Positions 9,090 to 18,443 of a DNA stretch of 64,000 nt are shown one piece after another; the stretch's first letter is position 1, and every line of letters begins with the position of its first letter. The notes below the pieces were generated by a model that had not been told where the DNA came from, did no database searches, and was given only the letters and a program-made list of their open reading frames with translations. Position numbers and translations under genes: made by a program. The stretch is from a virus (taxonomy: Duplodnaviria; Caudoviricetes): positions 160,001 through 224,000 of IMG/VR virus record IMGVR_UViG_3300031555_003626. One strand, 5' to 3'.

Positions 9090-10865
9090 ATAGCTAATAC
9101 TACATTAAACATGCAACTTCTTCTTCGTAGAGATCAAGTGTTTACCTCCACTTATGTGCTCGCAGCAGGTGAACCTGGTTTTGAGATCAGCACTAATACT
9201 TTCAAAGTAGGTGATGGTACTAAGACCTGGGCTGAACTTCCTTTTGCTAATAAAGAGCAGATTGAGGTAATTCTTGAGAATTACTACACTAAATCAGAAG
9301 TAGATGCACTCGTTAAAGCAGTTGATGATAAGGTAGCTGCTCTTAATGATACTTATGCAACTGATACAGAGGTAGAAGGAATTAGAGCTGCTCTTCAAGG
9401 TGCTATTGATACTAAGCTCGCTGCTGAAACTTTCAATACTTATTCAGCATCTAGACAACTTACTGATACTGAAATTAATACTGCTATCGGTAACGTTGAT
9501 GCAAAGTTTGCTAGCTACAGAACTTCCGCTGATCAGGATGTAATCGATAATGGTATTAAAGGTAGATTGGATACTCTTGAAGCTAAGCCTTTCGATACCT
9601 ATGCTACTAAGACTGAAGTTCAAGAAGTTGCTGGAGACCTTAGTGACTATGAGACTTCTAATAACACCAGAGTAAAAGCAATTGAAGATGAAATCGATAC
9701 ATTTGGTGATATTGTAACTCATGATGCTACAGAGTTTGAGACTGCTGGAGCAGCTGCTGAAGCTGAAGGTAGAATCAATGAGACTCTCAAGAGCTATTAC
9801 ACTAAAACTGAAGCTGATGCAGCATTCACTACTCCTGCTGAAGTAATTGCAGAGGTTAATAAGGCACTCTCTGAAGTTTCTAGCGCTGATACTATTGAGA
9901 GTATAACAACCTTAGTTAATTATGTAAATGAAAATGCGGCTGACCTTACTGGTCTTATCACCGAAGTTTATGGTTCTGCTGAAATGACTGGTGACAGCAG
10001 ACTTGATACTATCGAAGCTAAAGCTGCTATGAGTATTACTGCCGATGATATCACTGCATGGAACGCTGAGAAGGGTGTTAAAGCAATTGTAGATGCTAAT
10101 AAAACTACATGGGATAAAGCAGGCACTGCACTTCAGGCTGCTGACCTTGCTGATTATGCTAAGACTGCAGATGTAGTTACTAATGATGAGTTCACTGCTT
10201 TTGAGGCTGCTAATACAGAAGTTATTGGTAAGAAGCTTGATAAGACTGCTTTTGATGCATTTAACAATGGTACCTCTAAAGATGTAGCTGCTATTGAGGC
10301 TGATATTGTAACTAAAGCGAATGCAGCTCAGAGTGCAGCTGAAGCTAAAGCTGCCGAGCTTGATACTGCTCTTCATAACACAATTTCTGGTGAAGTAGCT
10401 ACTGCTAAGCAGGAAGCGATTGATGCAGCTAAGGCTTACGCTGCTACTAAAGAGCAGGGAGATAAGATCGATAATTTAAGTAACGGTATTGCATATGATT
10501 CTGGATTCCTTAACTTAACTGCAAATGAAGTAACGGTAAATACTACTGCCTTTAGCTATAACGGCAAAGAAGTTGCTACTGTAGATGATGTAGCTGCTGT
10601 TGATGTTGGTGTAACTAAGATAACTGCTGGTACTGATATCGTTGTTACTCCTGCAGAAGGAACTGGTGAAGTTACTGTAAGTCATAAGGAATACAACACT
10701 GGTCTTCTTACTAAGGATCCTGATCAGCTTGATGAGGGCGATGCTTATGTATTCACTGGATTAACTCTTAACAATGGTCACGTTGAGAGTGGCTCCATGA
10801 AGAGCATTAAGGATATCCTTGAGGCAATGTCCTTCACTATTGATGGCGGTACATCTGCTAACTAA
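9090..10865 (+). CDS. Coiled-coil fibre protein with Mtd_N-like N-terminus (start ATA 9090 or ATG 9111)
   Basis: VLAAGEPGFE...FKVGDGTKTWAELPF; shares LEAKPFDTYATKTEVQ with the 5997 ORF. Confidence 0.7.
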   Translation: MANTTLNMQLLLRRDQVFTSTYVLAAGEPGFEISTNTFKVGDGTKTWAELPFANKEQIEVILENYYTKSEVDALVKAVDDKVAALNDTYATDTEVEGIRAALQGAIDTKLAAETFNTYSASRQLTDTEINTAIGNVDAKFASYRTSADQDVIDNGIKGRLDTLEAKPFDTYATKTEVQEVAGDLSDYETSNNTRVKAIEDEIDTFGDIVTHDATEFETAGAAAEAEGRINETLKSYYTKTEADAAFTTPAEVIAEVNKALSEVSSADTIESITTLVNYVNENAADLTGLITEVYGSAEMTGDSRLDTIEAKAAMSITADDITAWNAEKGVKAIVDANKTTWDKAGTALQAADLADYAKTADVVTNDEFTAFEAANTEVIGKKLDKTAFDAFNNGTSKDVAAIEADIVTKANAAQSAAEAKAAELDTALHNTISGEVATAKQEAIDAAKAYAATKEQGDKIDNLSNGIAYDSGFLNLTANEVTVNTTAFSYNGKEVATVDDVAAVDVGVTKITAGTDIVVTPAEGTGEVTVSHKEYNTGLLTKDPDQLDEGDAYVFTGLTLNNGHVESGSMKSIKDILEAMSFTIDGGTSAN

Positions 10866-11005
10866 TATTGTATAATTAAATAGAAACAGGTAAGGTTGGA
10901 ATTGATACTTTACCTATTCTCCAAAAATTTGGAACTGATAATTTTAAAGGAGAAAAGCATTAAAGGTTATTTAAAGCTAATTTCCTGAAAAATTAACTAA
11001 TAAGC

Positions 11006-11044
11006 GGATAAGCTGGTTCCAAAAAGGGCCAGCTTATCTTTTTT
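11006..11044 (+). terminator. Intrinsic terminator
   Basis: GATAAGCTGG / CCAGCTTATC stem followed by T tract. Confidence 0.65.
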
Positions 11045-11071
11045 AATAACTATATAAGGAGGACTATAAAA

Positions 11072-12373
11072 TTGGCTAATAATAATGTCAATAATAAAGT
11101 CGATTTAAAGGTTAGTTCAATAGTTCAAAAGCATGATATTGAAGTTAACTGGAATAAAGCAACTACATTTATTCCTAATAAAGGTCAAATAATTGTTTAT
11201 GACATTGAAGTTGATGAAAATAATAATACTCTAGCACTTCCAGAAGGTCGCACTAATCCTTACACATATGAACGGTTTAAGATAGGTGATGGGATACATG
11301 ATGTAACGAATCTACCCTTCGTTAGTAATGTTGAGCGCGGTGAAGGAAAAGGTACTATTCAGCAAGTAGCAGATAAGGTTTCTGATGGGTTTGATTTCAC
11401 AGGAAAAAATCCTCATGCAACAGAACTTGACGGCACTTTAACAGGTAGTATTACATATGGAGCTACAGGTGACTATGCTACTGCATTTGGTGGTAAATCT
11501 TCCGCTCAAGGAAAACGTTCAATGGCAGTAGGTACAACTACTATTGCAAAAGGAAATTACTCATTTGCAGCAGGTGATAATTCAGTAGCATTAGGAAATG
11601 ATTCAGCAGTATTCGGCTATCAAAACACTGCAGCAGGTCAAGCATCTTTGGCAGCAGGTTCTGGAACTCAATCAAAAGGTAACGCGTCTACTTCGTTAGG
11701 TAGAGATACAGTCGCTGAAGGTGATTATTCTTTAGCTGCTGGTTTTGAGAGTAAGGCAAAACATTTTGGCTCTACTGCTTTAGGTAAAGGGCTAGAAACA
11801 GCGGCCGATGATCAGGTGGTTATTGGTAGATATAATGATACTGGTTTTACTTATCATGATACTCATGGAACACCAATATTTACTGTAGGCTGCGGACGAT
11901 CTGATGAATGGGGTAGTTATCGTAGAAATGCTTTTACAATCGCCAGTGATGGCACTATGTTTGTAGGAGATTATCCATATACAGATAAAAGTAATCATAT
12001 TGGCTCGCTCTATGAAAATAAGGAATATGTTTGGCCTGAAGCTGAAGTACGAGATGAAAACAATGGTTGGGTAAGGCATTTAGGCACTCATGTACCGATT
12101 CAAAGCGTTACTGATAATGATGTAAATTATAGCTCTCTCACCGTTGCAAAATCATGGGCAGGTGCTGATACTATTGTTCAGCGTAATGATAAGGGTCAAA
12201 TCATAGTTACAGATCCTACTGAAGATACGCATGCAGCCACTAAGGCATATGTTGATAATGAAATAGCTAATATTGATATTCCAAAAATAGATTTATCTAA
12301 TTATGCTACTGTAGAATATGTTAACAGTAAAGTTAGCGGATTGGATTCTGATTTCTTTAATTCTTTATATTAA
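11072..12373 (+). CDS. Fibre/adhesin with Mtd_N-like start and YadA-like head repeats
   Basis: RFKIGDG...LPF; (S/A)xAxG repeats; HAATKAYVD; TTG start after AGGAGG. Confidence 0.7.
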   Translation: MANNNVNNKVDLKVSSIVQKHDIEVNWNKATTFIPNKGQIIVYDIEVDENNNTLALPEGRTNPYTYERFKIGDGIHDVTNLPFVSNVERGEGKGTIQQVADKVSDGFDFTGKNPHATELDGTLTGSITYGATGDYATAFGGKSSAQGKRSMAVGTTTIAKGNYSFAAGDNSVALGNDSAVFGYQNTAAGQASLAAGSGTQSKGNASTSLGRDTVAEGDYSLAAGFESKAKHFGSTALGKGLETAADDQVVIGRYNDTGFTYHDTHGTPIFTVGCGRSDEWGSYRRNAFTIASDGTMFVGDYPYTDKSNHIGSLYENKEYVWPEAEVRDENNGWVRHLGTHVPIQSVTDNDVNYSSLTVAKSWAGADTIVQRNDKGQIIVTDPTEDTHAATKAYVDNEIANIDIPKIDLSNYATVEYVNSKVSGLDSDFFNSLY

Positions 12374-12384
12374 TAGGAGGAAAT

Positions 12385-12603
12385 ATGGAAAATAAAATTA
12401 TAACAGCCGAGGAAGGCAAAGTTTTTAGAAGAATTGCCGATGGTCAAATTTACGGAAAAGAGATTTCTTTAGGTTACTCTTATTATATTAATGGAATTAG
12501 ACTTGCTGAACCACATTTAGACATTCCAGAAGATTTTGAACAAATTGATGAGCCTATTATAGAATATCAAGAAGAAATATCAGATGAAGGAGATACTGAA
12601 TAA
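12385..12603 (+). CDS. Small fibre-associated protein
   Basis: ITAEEGKVF...DFEQIDE; strong RBS. Confidence 0.6.
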   Translation: MENKIITAEEGKVFRRIADGQIYGKEISLGYSYYINGIRLAEPHLDIPEDFEQIDEPIIEYQEEISDEGDTE

Positions 12604-15600
12604 TGGCTTATGAATTAACTTATTCATTAATAAATAATAAAACAGAATATGAAATATCTGGATATACGGGCACTCCTGATGTTGTTGATATTCCTAGTAC
12701 ATATAATGGAAAATCTGTAACCTCAATCGGCTCTGATGCGTTCTATGAATGCACAAGCCTTACGAGCGTTGTTATCCCTGACAGCGTAACCTCAATCAAG
12801 CAGGCTGCGTTCATGCATTGCACGAGTCTTACAAGCATTACAATCCCTGATAGTGTAACCTCAATCGGCGGTTTTGTATTCTCTGGATGCACGAGCCTTA
12901 AATATAATGAATATGACAATGCTTATTATCTCGGTAATAAAAATAACCTGTACAGATGGTTGATAGAAGCGAAAAATACAAGTATAACTTCTGTTAATAT
13001 TCATGAGAATACTAAATTTATCGGCTATGATGCGTTCGAATACTGCAGGAGCCTTACGAGTGTGACTATTCCTGACAGTGTAACTAGCATCGGTTCTGAT
13101 GCGTTCTATTATTGCGACAGCCTTACGAGTGTTACAATCCCTGACAGTGTAACCACAATCGGCTCTAATGTGTTCGCTTATTGCACTAGCCTTACGAGCG
13201 TGACTATCAGTAATAGTCTAACCTCAATCGGTAGTTCTATGTTCAAACATTGTGACAAGCTTACGAGCGTAACTATCCCCGATAGTGTAACCACAATCAG
13301 CTCTTCTGCGTTCTTGGATTGCACGAGCCTTACAAGCGTAACTATCCCCAATAATGTAACCTCAATCGGCAATTATGTGTTCGATAATTGCACGAGCCTA
13401 AAATACAATGAATATGACAATGCTTATTATCTCGGTAACAAAAATAACCCTTACGTATTGTTAATAAAAGCGAAGAATAAAAGTATAACTTCTGTTAACA
13501 TTCATGATAATACTAAAATTATCTATGCTTCTGCATTCTCAGGTTGCATAAGCCTTAAGAGCATTACAATCCCTGATAATGTAAACTCAATCTGTGATTA
13601 TGCGTTCGAATTTTGCACAAAACTTAAGAGCGTAAATATTCCTGATAGTGTAACCACCATTGGCAATCGCGCGTTCTCTGATTGCGATAGCCTTAACGCA
13701 GTATATATCACCGACCTTGTCGCTTGGTATAATATAAGCTTTGGTAGTTATCTTGCAAATCCTCTTAATTGCGCAAATAATCTTTATCTCAACGGACAGC
13801 TTGTAACTGAGGTTGTAATTCCCGAAGGTATAACATCTATCAACTCTTCTGTGTTCTATAATTGCACAAGCCTTATGAAAGTGACTATCCCCAACAGTGT
13901 CACTATCATTAACACTTATGCCTTCTCAGGTTGCACGAACCTTATGAGTGTGACTTTACTAAGTACAACTCCGCCTTCATTAAGTTCCAATAGTTTTAAT
14001 AATATATCTGAAGATGTTAAATTCTATTGTGTTTCTTCAGTATTAGATACATATAAAACATCTACTAACTGGAATACTTATGCAGATAATTTTGTAACAG
14101 ATGACTTAAGATTATATTTCATTATGAATGCAAACTCTCAGAAGAATTATGTTAGAAATTATGTTGATTTAAAAGCATCTAAGTATGATGGTAGCGGAGA
14201 AAATTCTATTGTTGTTGGTGAAGGTTCAAATGCTATTGGAGGATCTTCTACTGCATTAGGATATTATGTTACTAGTGGCGCTAAAGCTTATGATTTTGAT
14301 ATTACAAAATCTTTAGATTATGCTGAAAACCAACCAGAAGAAGATATTACAAATAATGTAGGACGTTATTACTTAACAAGTAATGAAGGATTAACAGATC
14401 TTGCAGCAGGAGATGTATATTCAGTAATCCTTAGCGGTAACTGGGATTTCCAAGGAACTATTGCAGGTTATAACGATGATATTAATGACTGCTATATTAT
14501 AGTAGATAATTATATAAAGCCAACAGCTACTGATTATTATCTAAAAGATGAGAATGGTAATGATATCAAATATCGTAATACAAAAGTTACTACAAGCTCT
14601 TATATATTAATTGTAGACAAACCCTTAATTGGAAACAAAGTAATTGGAACAGGTACAGTTGCTTTAGGTTATTCAAACAAGGCAGAAGGTGTTTGTTCTG
14701 CTAGTATGGGTTATAATAACACTAGCGCAGGTAAATATAGCTTCAGTGCTGGACGAGACAATAAAGCTGGATACTGTGCTGCAGTATTTGGGCAACAATC
14801 AGAAGCATTAGGACACAATAGCTTTGCAAGTGGTGTACGTGCAAAAGCTCATGCTCATTACAGCTCAGCAATTGGTTATAATAATACTATTCAAAGTGGT
14901 GCTACTTATGGTGTTTGTCTTGGTACAGGACTTGTTGTGACAGACGAAGCACAAACAGTTGTTGGTAGATATAATAAAGAAGCCGACTCTAAAGGTTGTG
15001 TATTTGTAGTAGGCGGTGGCGAAGGTACTGGAGGCAGATCTAAAACTGCTTTATCTGTAACGCCTGCTGGAGATCTCAAAATAGCTGGTAGCTTTACAAA
15101 CAATGGAGATGCCCAAATTAAAGGTACTTTCAACGCTATGGATCAATTAGTGGTTGAACAGGGCATCACTACTTTAACAGATGCAGGACAGTTAAATGTG
15201 AATGGAGCTACTATTTTAAATGGCACTTTAACTGCAAATAATATAGTAACGATTGAAGGTAATACAACTTTAAATGGTACTATAACTGCTAATGGCTATT
15301 TAAATGCTGAAAGTGGTGCAACTCTAAAAGGTACAACTAATATAAATGGTACTCTTGTAGTATCTGGAGAGATAACGACAGGTGGTAAAAAAGTATATCG
15401 TATTCCAACTACTGGTGATTTAAAAAATACAGCTGCTTCAATGATTTTAGGAACAAGGCCTTTAAAAGATAGTGAAGGCAATGTTACTGGTTATGCAGAA
15501 AGTTACTTCAGTGTAGCCGCTAGTGGTACTAGTTCAAATTCTATTGCACAACGTGATAGCACAGGCTGTATACGAGTTGCTGAGCCTACTTTATCTAATC

Positions 15601-15662
15601 ATACTGCGACAAAGAAGTATGTTGATGATTTAATTAAATCAGCACTAAGTAAGAGTTATTAA
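12603..15662 (+). CDS. BspA-type leucine-rich-repeat (LRR_5) protein fused to YadA-like/beta-helical fibre
   Basis: Many CTSLTSVTIPDSVTSIGxxAF repeats, then S.A.G repeats and HTATKKYVD. Confidence 0.85.
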   Translation: MAYELTYSLINNKTEYEISGYTGTPDVVDIPSTYNGKSVTSIGSDAFYECTSLTSVVIPDSVTSIKQAAFMHCTSLTSITIPDSVTSIGGFVFSGCTSLKYNEYDNAYYLGNKNNLYRWLIEAKNTSITSVNIHENTKFIGYDAFEYCRSLTSVTIPDSVTSIGSDAFYYCDSLTSVTIPDSVTTIGSNVFAYCTSLTSVTISNSLTSIGSSMFKHCDKLTSVTIPDSVTTISSSAFLDCTSLTSVTIPNNVTSIGNYVFDNCTSLKYNEYDNAYYLGNKNNPYVLLIKAKNKSITSVNIHDNTKIIYASAFSGCISLKSITIPDNVNSICDYAFEFCTKLKSVNIPDSVTTIGNRAFSDCDSLNAVYITDLVAWYNISFGSYLANPLNCANNLYLNGQLVTEVVIPEGITSINSSVFYNCTSLMKVTIPNSVTIINTYAFSGCTNLMSVTLLSTTPPSLSSNSFNNISEDVKFYCVSSVLDTYKTSTNWNTYADNFVTDDLRLYFIMNANSQKNYVRNYVDLKASKYDGSGENSIVVGEGSNAIGGSSTALGYYVTSGAKAYDFDITKSLDYAENQPEEDITNNVGRYYLTSNEGLTDLAAGDVYSVILSGNWDFQGTIAGYNDDINDCYIIVDNYIKPTATDYYLKDENGNDIKYRNTKVTTSSYILIVDKPLIGNKVIGTGTVALGYSNKAEGVCSASMGYNNTSAGKYSFSAGRDNKAGYCAAVFGQQSEALGHNSFASGVRAKAHAHYSSAIGYNNTIQSGATYGVCLGTGLVVTDEAQTVVGRYNKEADSKGCVFVVGGGEGTGGRSKTALSVTPAGDLKIAGSFTNNGDAQIKGTFNAMDQLVVEQGITTLTDAGQLNVNGATILNGTLTANNIVTIEGNTTLNGTITANGYLNAESGATLKGTTNINGTLVVSGEITTGGKKVYRIPTTGDLKNTAASMILGTRPLKDSEGNVTGYAESYFSVAASGTSSNSIAQRDSTGCIRVAEPTLSNHTATKKYVDDLIKSALSKSY

Positions 15663-15680
15663 GATGAAAGGAAACAACAT

Positions 15681-16646
15681 ATGGCTAAAAATGATAACTT
15701 ATCAGATTTCTTTACAGAAATAATTGAAGTTATTCATAATAAAGGGGTAACTCAAAAGATTTATCCATATCAGATTCCTGATGCAATTCGTAAATGTAAA
15801 GATTCAAGTTATGAAATATTGGAGGATGACAGTAAAATGTTTCCTCCAATAGAGGATTTATTACAGGATATTGCAAACATTTTAAAGAATATCTTAGGTA
15901 TTTCTGGAGAAATAAATGCACAAGATTATGCTAGTGTAATATCAGGCATTGCATCTTCTTACACACTTACTTTTACGAATGCATGTGAAGGTATGTATTT
16001 ATCTGTTAATGGTACTCGTTATACTGATAATGCTGTGATAGATGTATCAGCAGACGACTATATTGCAGTAGGAGCTATAGATACTAGTAATGCTTACAAT
16101 GCATCATTGTTCCAAGCTTGTAATATAGATGTGGATGGGGGCTTATTAGCTAATGGTGGAGAGTATACCGAGTATGAACTAGGTGAATATAGAGAAAGCG
16201 GTGGAGCTCTACAAGTAGAAACAACTTATGTTCAAACATATACTAGTTTTTATGTTGAAGGCGACTGCTCAATTACACTTACACCTAAAGAAAAAAATAC
16301 TGTTACTATAAATTATCCTACAGGTTGTCCAGACAGCTTACGTATTTATGCTCATACTGCAGCTGATCCAAAATATTCTGATTGGCATATCTTTGTAGAT
16401 ACTGTAAATAATAATTCTTATGGTTCAGGTAGCTCTAGTTATGCTTTCAATAGTGATGATAATTTTATAACTATTTTAAGTAATGCTTACTGGCAACCAG
16501 TAGATAGTATTATCGATTCAATATATGGGTTGGATTTAGTTTATATAAGAGCTCATGTTGATTCTGGTAATGGAGAGATACAAGATATAATGGAACGCAC
16601 ATACAGAATAACACAGACTGATGTAGTAATTAATCTAACTAATTAA
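15681..16646 (+). CDS. Hypothetical virion-associated protein
   Basis: RBS; I.P..IPDAI / INAQDY motif seen in fibre accessory proteins. Confidence 0.55.
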   Translation: MAKNDNLSDFFTEIIEVIHNKGVTQKIYPYQIPDAIRKCKDSSYEILEDDSKMFPPIEDLLQDIANILKNILGISGEINAQDYASVISGIASSYTLTFTNACEGMYLSVNGTRYTDNAVIDVSADDYIAVGAIDTSNAYNASLFQACNIDVDGGLLANGGEYTEYELGEYRESGGALQVETTYVQTYTSFYVEGDCSITLTPKEKNTVTINYPTGCPDSLRIYAHTAADPKYSDWHIFVDTVNNNSYGSGSSSYAFNSDDNFITILSNAYWQPVDSIIDSIYGLDLVYIRAHVDSGNGEIQDIMERTYRITQTDVVINLTN

Positions 16647-16830
16647 ATAAAATAAAGCTCAGGCTAGATTTATTAAAAATATCTCCAGTCTGAGTTTTAT
16701 TTTTATGCATGTTAAATTCTTTATTTGCTAAATTAATTAGAGATCAAAAGCTAATCAAAATTTAAATATGAGATAGATAGCTAATTTTCATATTTATAAC
16801 TAAAAGATATTTTATTGAAAGGAATTTATT

Positions 16831-17538
16831 ATGGCAAAATTAGATATAACAGCTGAACAGATACAATCTACGACTAATATGATAACTTCTAGCGCAGCCG
16901 TTTCTGAATGGAATACTGATTTAAAGTATCCAAGTACTAAAGCTACTTTAAATAAAGCACATCCTGTTGGAAGCATTTTGATTACCAGTGTTAACTACTC
17001 TACAACCGACACAAGGCATCCAGATAATAGTATTGGTGGTACTTGGGAATTAGTTGACAAAGAATACCGAGTTGCAGCTACTGAATCAATTACTTGGACA
17101 CCTTACGATTCTAAGGCTACATTATCCAGAGGAATTGTTACGTGTTCAAATCATATGGTCTATTTAACAATGGAACTTACTGCCAACTCTACTATTTCGC
17201 CCAGCCCAGACGGCCAAATAACAGGTAAGCTAGGTCAAATTAACCCTAACAGTATTGGGGCTATTTATGATGTATCACATCCAAATCCTTTAGCATTCAA
17301 TACTACTACTGATTTTACCCTTGCTTATGCTGTTACAGGGGCAGGGGCTACTGCTGAAAGCTGTATTATTGTAGCTAATTTGAGTACAACTGGCGAGGTT
17401 AATATCCGGGCCATACTTAATGCGAATAAACAGCTAGTCTCAGGTACAAAAATATATTTAAGTATATCGGTACCAATGAAATCTACTAATATGGCTGATA
17501 GCTTTTGTGATAAATTTTATTGGAAGCGCACTGCTTAA
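16831..17538 (+). CDS. Tail/baseplate tip-like protein
   Basis: HPVGSI...P...GGTWE and terminal YWKRTA motifs typical of phage tail-fibre tip (gp10-C-like) domains. Confidence 0.65.
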   Translation: MAKLDITAEQIQSTTNMITSSAAVSEWNTDLKYPSTKATLNKAHPVGSILITSVNYSTTDTRHPDNSIGGTWELVDKEYRVAATESITWTPYDSKATLSRGIVTCSNHMVYLTMELTANSTISPSPDGQITGKLGQINPNSIGAIYDVSHPNPLAFNTTTDFTLAYAVTGAGATAESCIIVANLSTTGEVNIRAILNANKQLVSGTKIYLSISVPMKSTNMADSFCDKFYWKRTA

Positions 17539-17558
17539 CCTAATTATTAGGAAAGAAG

Positions 17559-18416
17559 GTGATTTTTATCGCTAGCTTAACGTTAGAAGTTTTAGATGGA
17601 AGCACCATTGCTTCGACTGAAATTTATGGAGCTAATAAAAAAACTTATATTAATATCGGCTCCGGAAATGTATTTAAACTACAGTGGGTGACCAGTGATA
17701 TTATTGTTGACCACTATGATTTAGTAATTAAACGACATAAACCAGAAGTGAATGTCTATGACGTTATTTTTGATAAGAACATTGGGTTAGTTAATGAGTT
17801 TTATGTAGATTCTGCTATATTGCCTGACTTCACAATGCCATATGAGACTTCTATTTATTTAGTCGCTTATGGAAAACAGGGAAGTGTACTTACTTCTAAT
17901 GTAGTAAATCCATATGTTTGTAAAGGCTGTGGTACATACGTAAAAGTACAGCCAGATGGCTATGAACAGCCAATCATGAAACGCGCAGTGGCTTTAGTCA
18001 AAACTAAACCAGATCGTATTACTTTAACTACTGTAGAAGAAGGAGAAGCTTCTGTTACTTCGAGTGCTGTGTCTGCTAATTATGCTGAAGCGGTACTACG
18101 AGATAGTGAAGGTTATATTTTACGAGATATAACTAAAAAAGTTCTTTTTTCTGTGCCTGCAACAACTGTTGAAATGGAATTAGCAGACATTACTGGTCAA
18201 CTTTTGGTAGACGATACTGGACGAACTTTATTTGCAGAGGTTTCTAATTTACTTGAAAATCCAGATGGCTGGACTATTATGCAGGAAATTTATACAAAAG
18301 ATGACGCCAATAACTGGCGTATTAATGATATTGAATACGAAGTACTTGTAGATAAAACCGGTGAAATTATTTATACTCTTAACGATGGTAAATATGAGCC
18401 TGTTTATGTACTATAA
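17559..18416 (+). CDS. Hypothetical virion protein
   Basis: ORF in the structural cluster; repeated L.D..G..L motifs. Confidence 0.55.
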   Translation: MIFIASLTLEVLDGSTIASTEIYGANKKTYINIGSGNVFKLQWVTSDIIVDHYDLVIKRHKPEVNVYDVIFDKNIGLVNEFYVDSAILPDFTMPYETSIYLVAYGKQGSVLTSNVVNPYVCKGCGTYVKVQPDGYEQPIMKRAVALVKTKPDRITLTTVEEGEASVTSSAVSANYAEAVLRDSEGYILRDITKKVLFSVPATTVEMELADITGQLLVDDTGRTLFAEVSNLLENPDGWTIMQEIYTKDDANNWRINDIEYEVLVDKTGEIIYTLNDGKYEPVYVL

Positions 18417-18443
18417 GCTAGTTTATTTAAGGAGAGATATAAC

